Origin: Bacteroidota bacterium
GTDB lineage: Bacteria > Bacteroidota > Bacteroidia > Bacteroidales > UBA4417
Length of the DNA stretch: 64,000 nt
Reading direction: 5' to 3'
Assembly: GCA_013376995.1 (NCBI GenBank)
Contig: JACAAZ010000001.1
Location: forward strand, 294,957 to 358,956
Part shown: in pieces, positions 1 to 9,522 of the stretch
How positions within the stretch are numbered: position 1 is the first letter of the stretch
Layout: each line of letters begins with the position of its first letter
Position numbers and translations under genes: made by a program
Notes under the pieces: generated by a model
What the model was told of the DNA's origin: nothing
Database searches by the model: none
Seen by the model: the letters and a program-made list of their open reading frames with translations, nothing else

Positions 1-1116
1 GCGCAACTCGTATTTGGTACGACGGATAACTACTTCATGACGATGTTCAATGAAATGAACAATCATCTGCTTGAGGTTCAGCTGGTAAGGCCTTCCCTTG
101 ACCAAAGCAATGCTATTGGTACTGAACGAAGTCTGGAGGCCGGTATATTGATAAAGTTTATTCAGGACAACATTAGGAACTGCATCTTTCTTGAGTTCGT
201 AAACGATACGTAAACCATTCCTGTCACTTTCGTCCCTGATGTCGTAAATACCTTCAATTTTCTTATCATTTACCAGGTCGGCTGTTTTCTTGATCATTTC
301 AGCCTTGTTCATCTGGTAAGGGATGGAAGTTGCAATAATACATTCCCGTCCCTTTTCATCTGTTTCGAACATGGTTTCACCACGCATCATGATCCTGCCA
401 CGCCCGGTTTCATAAGCTTCGCGTACTCCATCATAACCGTAAATAATTCCACCTGTAGGGAAATCGGGAGCTGTAATGAATTTCATCAGTTCCTCTATTG
501 TAATATCGTGATTATCAATGTAGGCAATACATCCATTGATAATTTCAGTAAGGTTATGAGGAGGAATATTGGTGGCCATACCAACGGCAATACCAGAGGA
601 ACCGTTGATAAGTAAATTGGGAACTTTGGCTGGCAGAACGGTTGGTTCTTCAAGAGTATCATCAAAATTCAACCTGAAGTCAACTGTTTCCTTATCAATA
701 TCAGCAAGGAGTTCTTCTGAAATCTTGCGTAAACGAGCCTCAGTATACCTCATTGCGGCAGGGCTGTCACCGTCGATGGATCCGAAGTTTCCCTGTCCAT
801 CTACCAGCGGGTAACGCAGAGACCATTCCTGGGCCATCCTGACCATTGCATCATATACAGAAGTATCGCCATGGGGGTGATATTTACCGAGAACTTCCCC
901 GACGATACGAGCTGATTTCTTGTACGGACGGTTTGATAATACACCTAAATCGAGCATTCCAAACAGTACCCTTCTGTGAACTGGTTTCAATCCATCCCTT
1001 ACATCGGGAAGCGCACGAGATACAATAACCGACATCGAATAATCGATGTAGGCTGCTTTCATCTGACTCTCAATATTTACCTGAACGATCCTTTCGCCTT
1101 CCTGTATATTATCCAT
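1..1116 (-). CDS. gyrA: DNA gyrase subunit A, N-terminal 372 codons (3' part lies beyond the window start)
   Basis: Absent from the ORF track because it runs off the edge. My reverse-strand translation from the ATG at 1116..1114 gives [51 protein letters not shown]...[10 protein letters not shown]...[21 protein letters not shown] and AAMRYTEAR (active-site Tyr) are GyrA-type rather than ParC-type. Confidence 0.9.
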   Translation of the reverse strand, partial: MDNIQEGERIVQVNIESQMKAAYIDYSMSVIVSRALPDVRDGLKPVHRRVLFGMLDLGVLSNRPYKKSARIVGEVLGKYHPHGDTSVYDAMVRMAQEWSLRYPLVDGQGNFGSIDGDSPAAMRYTEARLRKISEELLADIDKETVDFRLNFDDTLEEPTVLPAKVPNLLINGSSGIAVGMATNIPPHNLTEIINGCIAYIDNHDITIEELMKFITAPDFPTGGIIYGYDGVREAYETGRGRIMMRGETMFETDEKGRECIIATSIPYQMNKAEMIKKTADLVNDKKIEGIYDIRDESDRNGLRIVYELKKDAVPNVVLNKLYQYTGLQTSFSTNSIALVKGRPYQLNLKQMIVHFIEHRHEVVIRRTKYELR

Positions 1117-1324
1117 TTCGTAACTCTGTCAATATTAATTAGTTGTAAAAATTCTGATTGTGATACGAAGGTAACCTTTTTTTCGAAACTATAACCGCCA
1201 GACCTATTGATTTTATTAATGATTACTAACATTTTTATGTTGACAAAACGAAAGCCCCCAATGAGATTTTAATCGGGTAAATGGGTAATTTTAAAACTAA
1301 TCTCAGGGATGTGCGTTTTATAAG

Positions 1325-1332
1325 TAATTTTG
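1325..1332 (+). promoter_or_regulatory. Candidate Bacteroidota -7 promoter box (TAATTTTG) upstream of clpC
   Basis: Matches the TAnnTTTG consensus, 55 nt upstream of the clpC ATG in an AT-rich spacer. Confidence 0.3.
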
Positions 1333-1386
1333 ATGTGTAAATCAGACATTTCATACTTAACTTTATAGAAAAGGATAATCAAATAC

Positions 1387-3969
1387 ATGGAAGCAAAATT
1401 TTCACAACGCGTAAAGGATGTCCTATCATTTAGCCGGGAAGAAGCAGTGAGGCTTGGCAATGATTACATTGGCGTTGAACATCTCCTGCTTGGAATTATC
1501 AGGGAAGGAGAAGGGCTGGCTTTACGCATACTTGGATATCTGAATGTTGACCTCACAGAAGTTCGTCGCACCATTGAGGTAGCGATAGCTAATCCGGCAA
1601 GGCGGGACAGGGATTCGGAGAATCTTCCCCTTGTTAAGCAGGCTGAACGTGCTTTAAAGCTTACCTACCTGGAAGCCAAGTTATTCAACAGCGAACTCAT
1701 AGGCACCGAGCATCTTTTGTTGGCCATTCTTAAAGATGACGACAACCTTGTTACCCGTAGCCTTAATAAGTATAATGTAACCTACGAAATAGTGAAGGAT
1801 GAAGTAAAATCCTATCTTCTGTCTCTTGATGAAGGTTCTTATAATGAACCGAAAGAAGCCCGCAGAAGGGAAAGCAATGAATTCAGGGACGAGCTTCCGG
1901 GCGGAGCCCAGGATGAAGATCCGGATGATGTCGGAGGACTTGGTGGACTCAAAAAGCAGGGGGAAAGCAAGTCAAAGACACCTGTCCTTGACAATTTTGG
2001 ACGGGATCTTACGCGTGCTGCTGAAGAAAGTCGTCTGGACCCTATTGTTGGTCGTGAGAAAGAACTTGAACGTATATCGCAGATATTAAGCAGGCGTAAG
2101 AAAAACAATCCTATTCTCATTGGTGAGCCTGGAGTTGGTAAGTCAGCCATCGCTGAAGGGTTAGCTTTAAGGATTGTACAACGCAAAGTTTCAAGAGCGC
2201 TGTTTAACAAAAGGGTTTTCACCCTCGATTTAGCTTCCCTGGTTGCTGGAACCAAGTATCGCGGACAGTTTGAAGAACGCATGAAAGCCGTTCTGAATGA
2301 ATTGGAAAAGAACCGGGATATCATCCTGTTTATTGATGAAATCCATACCATCGTTGGTGCGGGGAATGCATCTGGATCGCTGGATGCTTCCAATATGTTC
2401 AAACCTGCACTTGCCAGGGGCGAAATCCAGTGCATAGGTGCCACAACCCTGGATGAATACCGTCAGTATATCGAAAAGGACGGAGCTCTTGAACGCAGGT
2501 TCCAGAAAGTACTTGTGGATCCTACCTCACCCGAGGAAACAATAGAGATTCTGAACCAGATCAAGGAAAAATATGAAGATCACCACCTGGTAAAGTACAC
2601 ATCCGAAGCTATTGATGCTTGTGTGTCATTAACCAACCGTTACATTTCGGACCGTTACCTGCCGGATAAGGCGATTGATGCCCTTGACGAAGCTGGTGCA
2701 CGAGTCCATATTTCAAATATGCATGTTCCTGTTGAGATAATTACTGTTGAAAGCGAGATCGAAGATGCGCGGCAGAAAAAAATGAAGGCCATTAAAAGCC
2801 AGAAATTTGAGGAAGCTGCAAAATTCAGGGATACTGAAAGGCGTCTGCAGGGCGACCTGGAAACTCAGAAGAAGCGCTGGGAGGATGAATCCAAGATCAA
2901 CAGGGAAACAGTGTCTGCCGAAAATGTTGCAGAAGTTGTTGCCATGATGACCGGGGTTCCTGTTCAGCGTATAGCGCAGAATGAAAGCGACCGCCTGATG
3001 AATATGGAAGAAGAATTGGCTGATTCCGTAATCGGGCAGAAAGATGCTATCAAGAAAGTTGTTAAAGCTATCCGCCGTAACAGGGCCGGACTTAAAGATC
3101 CCAATAAACCTATTGGAACCTTCATTTTCCTTGGGCCAACCGGGGTTGGAAAAACTCACCTCGCCAAGATTCTTGCACGTTATCTTTTTGACTCAGAAGA
3201 TGCATTAGTCCGCATTGACATGAGTGAATACATGGAGAAATTTGCCGTATCCAGGCTGGTAGGAGCTCCTCCTGGTTATGTAGGCTATGAAGAAGGCGGT
3301 CAGCTGACTGAAAAAGTTAGGCGTCGCCCCTACTCTATTGTCCTGCTTGATGAAATTGAGAAAGCTCACCCGGATATCTTCCATATCTTACTCCAGGTTC
3401 TTGATGATGGTGTTCTAACCGACAGTTTAGGCCGTCGTGTTGACTTTAAGAATACGATAGTTATCATGACCTCAAACATTGGTTCCAGGCAGCTTAAGGA
3501 TTTTGGCGCTGGGGTTGGATTCAGTACAGCTGCCCGTCAGTCACAAGGAACCGGGCTTGCCCAGGGAGTTATCGAAAACGCCCTCAAGAAAGCGTTTGCA
3601 CCTGAATTCCTCAACCGAATTGATGACATTGTCATATTTGATTCACTGAATCGCGAAGATATTCACAAGATCATTGATATTGAACTTCGCCACCTGTTCA
3701 ACCGCATCCGCAAAATGGGTTACATTCCTGAAATTACGGAAGCTGCCAAGGATTTTATTGTTGATAAAGGCTGGGATGAACAATTTGGAGCCAGGCCTCT
3801 CAAACGGGCTATCCAAAAATACATTGAGGATACATTAGCTGAGGAAATCATCAAAACCTCCCTCAAAGAAGGTGATGAGATAAAAATTGATTTCAATACT
3901 GAAAACAATGATATTTCAATCGAAGTAATTGCTGCTAAGATTGACGAAAGTATCAAACCATCCGAATAG
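1387..3969 (+). CDS. clpC: ATP-dependent Clp protease ATP-binding subunit ClpC (class I AAA+ chaperone)
   Basis: 860 aa with an N-terminal double Clp_N repeat. Two Walker A motifs (GEPGVGKS, GPTGVGKT), a UVR-like linker (KFEEAAKFRDTERRL), and a ClpB D2-small C-terminus. Confidence 0.9.
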   Translation: MEAKFSQRVKDVLSFSREEAVRLGNDYIGVEHLLLGIIREGEGLALRILGYLNVDLTEVRRTIEVAIANPARRDRDSENLPLVKQAERALKLTYLEAKLFNSELIGTEHLLLAILKDDDNLVTRSLNKYNVTYEIVKDEVKSYLLSLDEGSYNEPKEARRRESNEFRDELPGGAQDEDPDDVGGLGGLKKQGESKSKTPVLDNFGRDLTRAAEESRLDPIVGREKELERISQILSRRKKNNPILIGEPGVGKSAIAEGLALRIVQRKVSRALFNKRVFTLDLASLVAGTKYRGQFEERMKAVLNELEKNRDIILFIDEIHTIVGAGNASGSLDASNMFKPALARGEIQCIGATTLDEYRQYIEKDGALERRFQKVLVDPTSPEETIEILNQIKEKYEDHHLVKYTSEAIDACVSLTNRYISDRYLPDKAIDALDEAGARVHISNMHVPVEIITVESEIEDARQKKMKAIKSQKFEEAAKFRDTERRLQGDLETQKKRWEDESKINRETVSAENVAEVVAMMTGVPVQRIAQNESDRLMNMEEELADSVIGQKDAIKKVVKAIRRNRAGLKDPNKPIGTFIFLGPTGVGKTHLAKILARYLFDSEDALVRIDMSEYMEKFAVSRLVGAPPGYVGYEEGGQLTEKVRRRPYSIVLLDEIEKAHPDIFHILLQVLDDGVLTDSLGRRVDFKNTIVIMTSNIGSRQLKDFGAGVGFSTAARQSQGTGLAQGVIENALKKAFAPEFLNRIDDIVIFDSLNREDIHKIIDIELRHLFNRIRKMGYIPEITEAAKDFIVDKGWDEQFGARPLKRAIQKYIEDTLAEEIIKTSLKEGDEIKIDFNTENNDISIEVIAAKIDESIKPSE

Positions 3970-3990
3970 TCTGATTATTGCATAAAAAAA

Positions 3991-4026
3991 GCCTGTCAAT
4001 CTTATGGTTGTCAGGCTTTTTTATTT
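3991..4026. terminator. Bidirectional rho-independent terminator between clpC and the convergent acyl-CoA dehydrogenase
   Basis: The stem gcctgtcaa / ttgtcaggc has one mismatch. It is preceded by an A-run and followed by a T-run. Confidence 0.7.
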
Positions 4027-4062
4027 TTCAGCTGGTTGGATAACCTTTAATATTTCAATTAT

Positions 4063-5769
4063 TTAGGCCATCTTAAAATCTCCAAGATCCTTGGGATGTG
4101 AATTGTTGATATAGCTTACAGATGCAATATTTTCAGCTCTTCCTTTACGGATAAAGATATCTGCTGAGCGTGTGTAGGTTGCATCCCTGTAAGAATCGTG
4201 CAATAACAGGAACCCAACAAGTACATTTCCTGCCATTTCAACCAATCTTCGTGCATGATAATCAATATATTCATTATCGGCAAATTCAGTAACTTTTTCA
4301 ACTGCTTTTGCATACTGATCTGTCATTTTATCGAGCAAACTCTTCAGGTATTCATGTTCCGGTTTCACCGGCTGTTGAGCGTGTTCCTTCATTAATTTCA
4401 GATAGGAACCGTTAGTAACACCTCGAATTGCTGCTACAACCTGGAGTTGTGAAGTACCTTCATAAATGGTGGTAATGCGGGCATCCCTGAATATCCTTTC
4501 AACCGGGAAATCTTTCATATAACCGGTTCCACCATGAATCTGAATTGCATCATAGGCAATCTGGTTACAGTATTCACTGGCAAACAGTTTAAGGAGTGGG
4601 GTCAAAACATCGGCGTACTTTTGATAGTACTTCATATCATCCCTTTCTTCAGCTTCAAGCTTCCGATCATGCATGATTAATGAATAGACCTTATATACAT
4701 CCACAAACCGAGCAGTTTCATACAGCAAAGTACGAATGCCGTCAATCTTGACTTTCATCATTGTAAGCATTTCGTATACAGCAGGATACTGGATAATTGC
4801 TTTGCCAAATTGTTCACGTTCGTTTGCATATTTAACTGCTTCCCTGTATGCAGCTTCAGCAATTCCAACAGACTGTGCCCCTACTCCCAGTCGGGCTGAG
4901 TTCATAAGAGACATAACATATTTAATCAGTCCAAGCTTAGTTTCACCAACTAATTTGGCAGGTGCATTCTTGAACACGAGTTCACAGGTTGGCGAACCCT
5001 TGATCCCCAGCTTGTTTTCAATCCTTCTAACACTAACTGCTTTGTGTGCCCTGTCATAGACGAATAATGAAAGGCCTCTTGCATCGGTTGTACCTTCTTC
5101 GGAGCGAGCCAATACCAGTGAAATATCTGCATCACCATTGGTAATAAAGCGTTTCACTCCGTTCAGCATCCACATATCTTTCTGGGCGTCGTAGGTTGCT
5201 TTCAGCTGAACAGCCTGGAGATCTGACCCTGCATCAGGTTCCGTTAAATCCATTGCTGCTGTTGCTCCTTTATTGAACCTGGGAAGAAATTCCTTCTTGA
5301 TATCATCGGATGCAAATTCATGCAAAGTTTCAGCGCAATCCTGCAGTCCCCAAATATTGGCGAACCCGGCATCAGCCCTTGAAACCAGTTCTGCAGCCAT
5401 TACGTAGGGAACCATAGGGAAATTAAGACCACCGTACTCCCGGGGCAATGACATGCCAACTAAACCTGCTTTTGTGAGAACATCATGATTTTCCTGTGTT
5501 CCCCTGGCATATTTTACCTCGTTATTGATAAGTTGAGGACCGTCATGATCAACTGATTCTGCATTGGGACCAATAACTTCACCACATATTTCTCCGACAA
5601 TTTCCAATACCTTGTTATAACTATCGAGAGCATCTTCAAAATCCATGGGAGCATAGTCGAATTGCTCATGTTCAGCATAATTATTCTCCTTCAGCCGAAC
5701 GATTTTAGCCATCAGAGGGTGATCCAATTGAAATTTCAGGTGGGGATTATCTGTATAGAAATTTTCCAT
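4063..5769 (-). CDS. Acyl-CoA dehydrogenase family protein (long form, 568 aa)
   Basis: ACAD N, middle and C-terminal domain motifs are present (TEPDAGSD, RFITNGD, IHGGTGY, IYEGTSQLQ). It lies directly downstream of etfB-etfA. Confidence 0.85.
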   Translation of the reverse strand: MENFYTDNPHLKFQLDHPLMAKIVRLKENNYAEHEQFDYAPMDFEDALDSYNKVLEIVGEICGEVIGPNAESVDHDGPQLINNEVKYARGTQENHDVLTKAGLVGMSLPREYGGLNFPMVPYVMAAELVSRADAGFANIWGLQDCAETLHEFASDDIKKEFLPRFNKGATAAMDLTEPDAGSDLQAVQLKATYDAQKDMWMLNGVKRFITNGDADISLVLARSEEGTTDARGLSLFVYDRAHKAVSVRRIENKLGIKGSPTCELVFKNAPAKLVGETKLGLIKYVMSLMNSARLGVGAQSVGIAEAAYREAVKYANEREQFGKAIIQYPAVYEMLTMMKVKIDGIRTLLYETARFVDVYKVYSLIMHDRKLEAEERDDMKYYQKYADVLTPLLKLFASEYCNQIAYDAIQIHGGTGYMKDFPVERIFRDARITTIYEGTSQLQVVAAIRGVTNGSYLKLMKEHAQQPVKPEHEYLKSLLDKMTDQYAKAVEKVTEFADNEYIDYHARRLVEMAGNVLVGFLLLHDSYRDATYTRSADIFIRKGRAENIASVSYINNSHPKDLGDFKMA

Positions 5770-5821
5770 TTTAAGCTTAAATTATTGTTTAAATAAACCT
5801 GATTAACTACTAGATAATCAT

Positions 5822-6844
5822 TTATTTGGAGTTTTTCTTATAATATTTGATCATCTTTGGGATCACCTCATTTACACTTCCTATAATGGTATAGTCAGCT
5901 ATGAAGTTGATAGGTGCATTTGGATCTGTATTGATTGAGATGATTTGAGCGGATTGATCCATACCAGCCCTATGCTGAACAGCTCCGGAAATTCCGCAGG
6001 CAATGTAGAGTTTGGGACGAACGGTTACACCGGTCTGGCCGATCTGACGCTCATGGTCCTCAAATCCGGCATCAACGGCAGCACGGGTAGCGCCAACATC
6101 AGCACCAAGTACTTCTGCCAGTTCATACAGAAGCTTGAAATTTTCGCGGGATCCGACTCCATATCCGCCAGAAACAATGATCCCTGCATTTTTGATGTTC
6201 ACCTTGCTTTTTTCGATATGCCTTTCTATGATCTCAACTACGAAATCTTCATCTTTAAGAAGTGCTTTAGCATCGATGGATTTTAAAGTTCCTTTATATT
6301 TTGCATCAACAATTTCCTTCTTCATCACCCCTTCACGGACTGTTGCCATCTGTGGCCTGGTATCCGGATTGATGATAGTAGCAATAATATTTCCACCAAA
6401 AGCAGGACGAATCTGGTAAAGAAGATTTTTATAGACGGTTTGTGTCCTGTTTTCAGTATGGTCACCAATTTCAAGGCTGGTACAATCGGCGGTGAGACCA
6501 CATTTCAATGCCGATGCAATGCGCGGTGCAATATCGCGGCCGATACTGGTGGCACCAAATAACACGATTTCTGGCTTCTCAGCAGAAAACACTTCAATCA
6601 ATATCCTGGAATGCGGAAGGGTGAGGTATGGGAAGAGCCTTTTGTCATCTGCATAATGAATTACATCGACTCCGAAAGGAAAAAGAATTCCTTCAAGGTT
6701 CTCGACCTTTGAGCCGAGAACCACTGCTTCAAGTTTTACACCCAACTCATTGGCTAACTTACGGCCTTTTGAAAGCAACTCTAAGCTAACGTCAGAGATT
6801 GATCTTTCTTCAGAAACTTCGCAATAAACAAATATATTATTCAC
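5822..6844 (-). CDS. etfA: Electron transfer flavoprotein subunit alpha
   Basis: 340 aa with the FAD-binding C-terminal region (PKLYIACGISGAVQHRAGM). It sits between etfB and the ACAD gene. Confidence 0.9.
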   Translation of the reverse strand: MNNIFVYCEVSEERSISDVSLELLSKGRKLANELGVKLEAVVLGSKVENLEGILFPFGVDVIHYADDKRLFPYLTLPHSRILIEVFSAEKPEIVLFGATSIGRDIAPRIASALKCGLTADCTSLEIGDHTENRTQTVYKNLLYQIRPAFGGNIIATIINPDTRPQMATVREGVMKKEIVDAKYKGTLKSIDAKALLKDEDFVVEIIERHIEKSKVNIKNAGIIVSGGYGVGSRENFKLLYELAEVLGADVGATRAAVDAGFEDHERQIGQTGVTVRPKLYIACGISGAVQHRAGMDQSAQIISINTDPNAPINFIADYTIIGSVNEVIPKMIKYYKKNSK

Positions 6845-6878
6845 TGTATTTCTCTTTTACTGTTCTTGTTTGCTTGAA

Positions 6879-7751
6879 TTACCCAATTACATGACTGCTG
6901 ATCAGTTCCTGCATCAACCATTCAACTTCCTTATCATCAGAAGTTAATTTCTTACTTTCCTTATGCGCAAGAACAACATTTTCAATCTTTTTCACCTTTG
7001 TTGGTGAACCTGAAAGTCCCAGCATTTCTACATTAGCGTCAAGATCTGCAACAGTCCATTCCTCGATCTGCAGATAAGGGCGATGTGTATACAGGTCAGT
7101 GTAGTCCTTGGTTTCTTCCTGCAGTTCTGTTACAGTGCGGGCATGCTTATTTTTCATCAGGAGTTTGGCAAGGCGAGGGCGGCAAGATGGAGCTGAACCA
7201 TGAACTGTAATAGCAACGGGAAGTTTTGCTTTTACAACTTCCACTCCCATTTCGAGACGACGCTTAATTGAAACATGGGTATTGGTGATATCAAGAATAT
7301 CTTCAGCGTAGGTAACCTGCGGCAGATGCAACTTTTCAGCAGTCTGGGGACCTACCTGTGCTGTATCACCATCAATTGCCTGCCGGCCGGAGATCACAAA
7401 ATGGTAAGGTTCAAGTTTTTTAACAGCCAGGGAGATTGCATAAGAGGTGGCCAGAGTATCACTTCCGGCAAATTTACGGTCAGTGATAAGGTATCCGCGA
7501 TCTGCTCCCCTGTATAATGCTTCCCGGATGATCTCTGCAGCACGGAAAGGCCCCATTGTCAGAATAATGACTTCAGATCCGGGGAACTGGTCCTTTATTC
7601 TCAGGGCCTGTTCAAGAGCATTAAGGTCTTCAGGGTTAAAAATGGCGGGCAGCGCAGCTCTGTTAACTGTTCCGTCAGCCTTCATGGCATCTTTCCCTAC
7701 GTTGCGAGTGTCGGGGACTTGCTTTGCTAAAACGATAATTCTATATTTCAT
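6879..7751 (-). CDS. etfB: Electron transfer flavoprotein subunit beta
   Basis: The track ORF runs to 7871. The conserved EtfB N-terminus MKYRIIVLAKQVPDT begins at the internal ATG at 7751, and the upstream 40 codons have no homology-like content. Confidence 0.85.
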   Translation of the reverse strand: MKYRIIVLAKQVPDTRNVGKDAMKADGTVNRAALPAIFNPEDLNALEQALRIKDQFPGSEVIILTMGPFRAAEIIREALYRGADRGYLITDRKFAGSDTLATSYAISLAVKKLEPYHFVISGRQAIDGDTAQVGPQTAEKLHLPQVTYAEDILDITNTHVSIKRRLEMGVEVVKAKLPVAITVHGSAPSCRPRLAKLLMKNKHARTVTELQEETKDYTDLYTHRPYLQIEEWTVADLDANVEMLGLSGSPTKVKKIENVVLAHKESKKLTSDDKEVEWLMQELISSHVIG

Positions 7752-8103
7752 CCGTAAATGATTTATTAATTCTTTGCCTGTTTTAAAGGTACTAATGCTC
7801 GGTCGCAGGTGTTTATTAAATGCCGTAAAGCTTACACCGCCAATTGTGAAAGAACACTCATGTTTCGCCAACTGGTAGATAGGTGTATGATGTCAAACAC
7901 TTATCATGCTCGTTTCAAGTTTTTCTGATTGGTTCAGGAACTTAAAATATCGACCTATTTGAATATCTCAATATTCACTTGGCAGGTGCAAAAATAGAAA
8001 AAGGAAGTTAATAATAAAACTATTGCTGTAGTGATGACCTGAGCTATATTCAGAGCGGTATCAACAGATTGATATGGAGTTCTTCTGTAACCTTAAAATA
8101 CAG

Positions 8104-8111
8104 TATGTTTG
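8104..8111 (+). promoter_or_regulatory. Candidate -7 box (TATGTTTG) for the TonB-C-like gene
   Basis: TAnnTTTG match 16 nt upstream of the ATG at 8127. This argues against the TTG start at 8109 used in the track. Confidence 0.35.
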
Positions 8112-8126
8112 TATTTTGATATTTCC

Positions 8127-8579
8127 ATGAAACATCCTGAAGATAAACCACACAAGAATAAGAAGTTCCTGAAGGTACCAACCTTTCCGGGTGGCACTAC
8201 TGAATTTGTAAAGTTCATTGCTGAGAACCTAAAATACCCGGAGGAAGCGATAAAGAACCAGACAGAAGGCACTGTTTACCTTGAATACACAGTGGATGAC
8301 CTTGGGAATATTGGAGATGAACTTGTTGTGCATGGTATTGGCCATGGTTGTGATGAAGAAGCTTTGCGACTTGTCAGGCTGATGAAATACCCTGCTGTAA
8401 AGAATCGTGGTGTCCGCCTTAAATCAAAGATGAAGACCCGGATACATTTCGAACTTCCTCTTCATTTGAAACCTTCAGTTCCTCTTAATATTTCTTACGT
8501 AACCACTACGCAGCCCAAAACAGAAAAGCCGGAAACTCCTTCCCGGCCATCCTACGGTTATACGATCAATCTTGATTAA
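8127..8579 (+). CDS. TonB C-terminal-domain protein (energy transducer TonB family, no TM segment seen)
   Basis: FPGGTTEFVKFIAENLKYPEEAIKNQTEGTVYLEYTVDDLGNI is the typical TonB_C beta-alpha-beta core. The start is moved to the first ATG. Confidence 0.6.
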   Translation: MKHPEDKPHKNKKFLKVPTFPGGTTEFVKFIAENLKYPEEAIKNQTEGTVYLEYTVDDLGNIGDELVVHGIGHGCDEEALRLVRLMKYPAVKNRGVRLKSKMKTRIHFELPLHLKPSVPLNISYVTTTQPKTEKPETPSRPSYGYTINLD

Positions 8580-8588
8580 GTTGCCAGA

Positions 8589-9470
8589 CTAGAGTTTATC
8601 GTTTGGCAGGTCCTCATCCGGATTTAAGGGGTTTGTATGGCAATCCTTGCATTCAAGGCTTTTATTATACATATGCATAGCCCTGTAGCTCATACCCATG
8701 CTTGAGAACCCACCGTCATTGAAAAGATTCTGCATCGTTACCTTCTTCGTCAGGTCACTGAAGAGTGTTATGCAATAATCAGCACATTCTTCAGCTGTGG
8801 CGTTACCAAGAGGAGACATTCTTTCAGTGAAATCCATCAGGCCATCAATACCTTTTACGCCGCTACCGGCAGTTGTTAAGGTAGGAGATTGTGAAATGGT
8901 ATTGATCCTGATCTTTTTCTCCCTGCCATAGATGTATCCGAAGCTCCTGGCTATACTTTCGAGTGCGGCCTTGGCGTCTGCCATGTCATTATATTCAAAT
9001 AGCGTCCGTTGCGCTGCAATGTATGAAAGAGCTACTATTGAACCCCACTCGTTAAGGGCATCCAGTTTTTTAGCCGTTTGAATAACCTTATGAAAGGATA
9101 TTGCAGAAATATCCATGGTCTTGAGATAGTATTCATAGTTCAGTCCATCATACGGAATTTTCTTCCTTACATTAGGAGACATGCCGATGGAATGAAGGAT
9201 AAAATCGATTTTACCGCCAAAATGCTCAAGAGTAACTTTGAAGAGGTTCTCGAGATCTTCAACGTTCGTCGCATCAGCAGCAATAACAATTGTTTTGCAT
9301 TTTTCAGCCAGAAGATGGGTATCGCCCATCCGAAGAGCCATTGGTGTATTTGTAAGGACAAACTCAGCTCCTTCTTCATACGCTCTTTCAGCCGTTTTCC
9401 ATGCAATGGAGCGATCGTTCAAGGCGCCGAATATGATTCCTTTTTTCCCGTTTAAGAGGTTATATGCCAT
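8589..9470 (-). CDS. fabI: Enoyl-[acyl-carrier-protein] reductase (NADH), FabI type
   Basis: SDR fold with an N-terminal GKKGIIFGALNDRSIAW nucleotide-binding motif and a Tyr/Lys active-site region (YIAAQR...MADAKAALE). Confidence 0.85.
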   Translation of the reverse strand: MAYNLLNGKKGIIFGALNDRSIAWKTAERAYEEGAEFVLTNTPMALRMGDTHLLAEKCKTIVIAADATNVEDLENLFKVTLEHFGGKIDFILHSIGMSPNVRKKIPYDGLNYEYYLKTMDISAISFHKVIQTAKKLDALNEWGSIVALSYIAAQRTLFEYNDMADAKAALESIARSFGYIYGREKKIRINTISQSPTLTTAGSGVKGIDGLMDFTERMSPLGNATAEECADYCITLFSDLTKKVTMQNLFNDGGFSSMGMSYRAMHMYNKSLECKDCHTNPLNPDEDLPNDKL

Positions 9471-9522
9471 AGTTTTTGGTTTTATATCGTAAGAATATAT
9501 GTTTCCAGGTGGTAGAAATATT

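Noticed and set aside
1839-2444. Long antisense or out-of-frame ORFs inside confidently called genes, for example 1839-2444, 2713-3159, 9734-10213, 26651-27337, 27535-27981, 35586-36083, 36395-36904, 50962-51315
   Set aside because: They lie entirely within strong homology-supported CDSs on the other strand or frame, and their low-complexity Ser/Leu/Arg-rich translations are typical of shadow ORFs.
6879-7871. N-terminal extensions in the ORF track: etfB to 7871, bamD to 14624, rhodanese to 18770, gmhB to 30813, small cytochrome to 46296, barrel to 47467, MopE-like to 52500, DUF5916 to 63075, BACON protein from 57941
   Set aside because: In each case the conserved N-terminus or signal peptide starts at an internal ATG. 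The extension uses TTG/GTG, overlaps a neighbouring gene or terminator, or adds non-homologous residues. Shorter coordinates are reported instead.
8637-8651. CXXCH (CKDCH) haem-binding-like motif in the C-terminal tail of FabI
   Set aside because: FabI is cytoplasmic and has no signal peptide, so covalent haem attachment is implausible. A five-residue motif is expected by chance.
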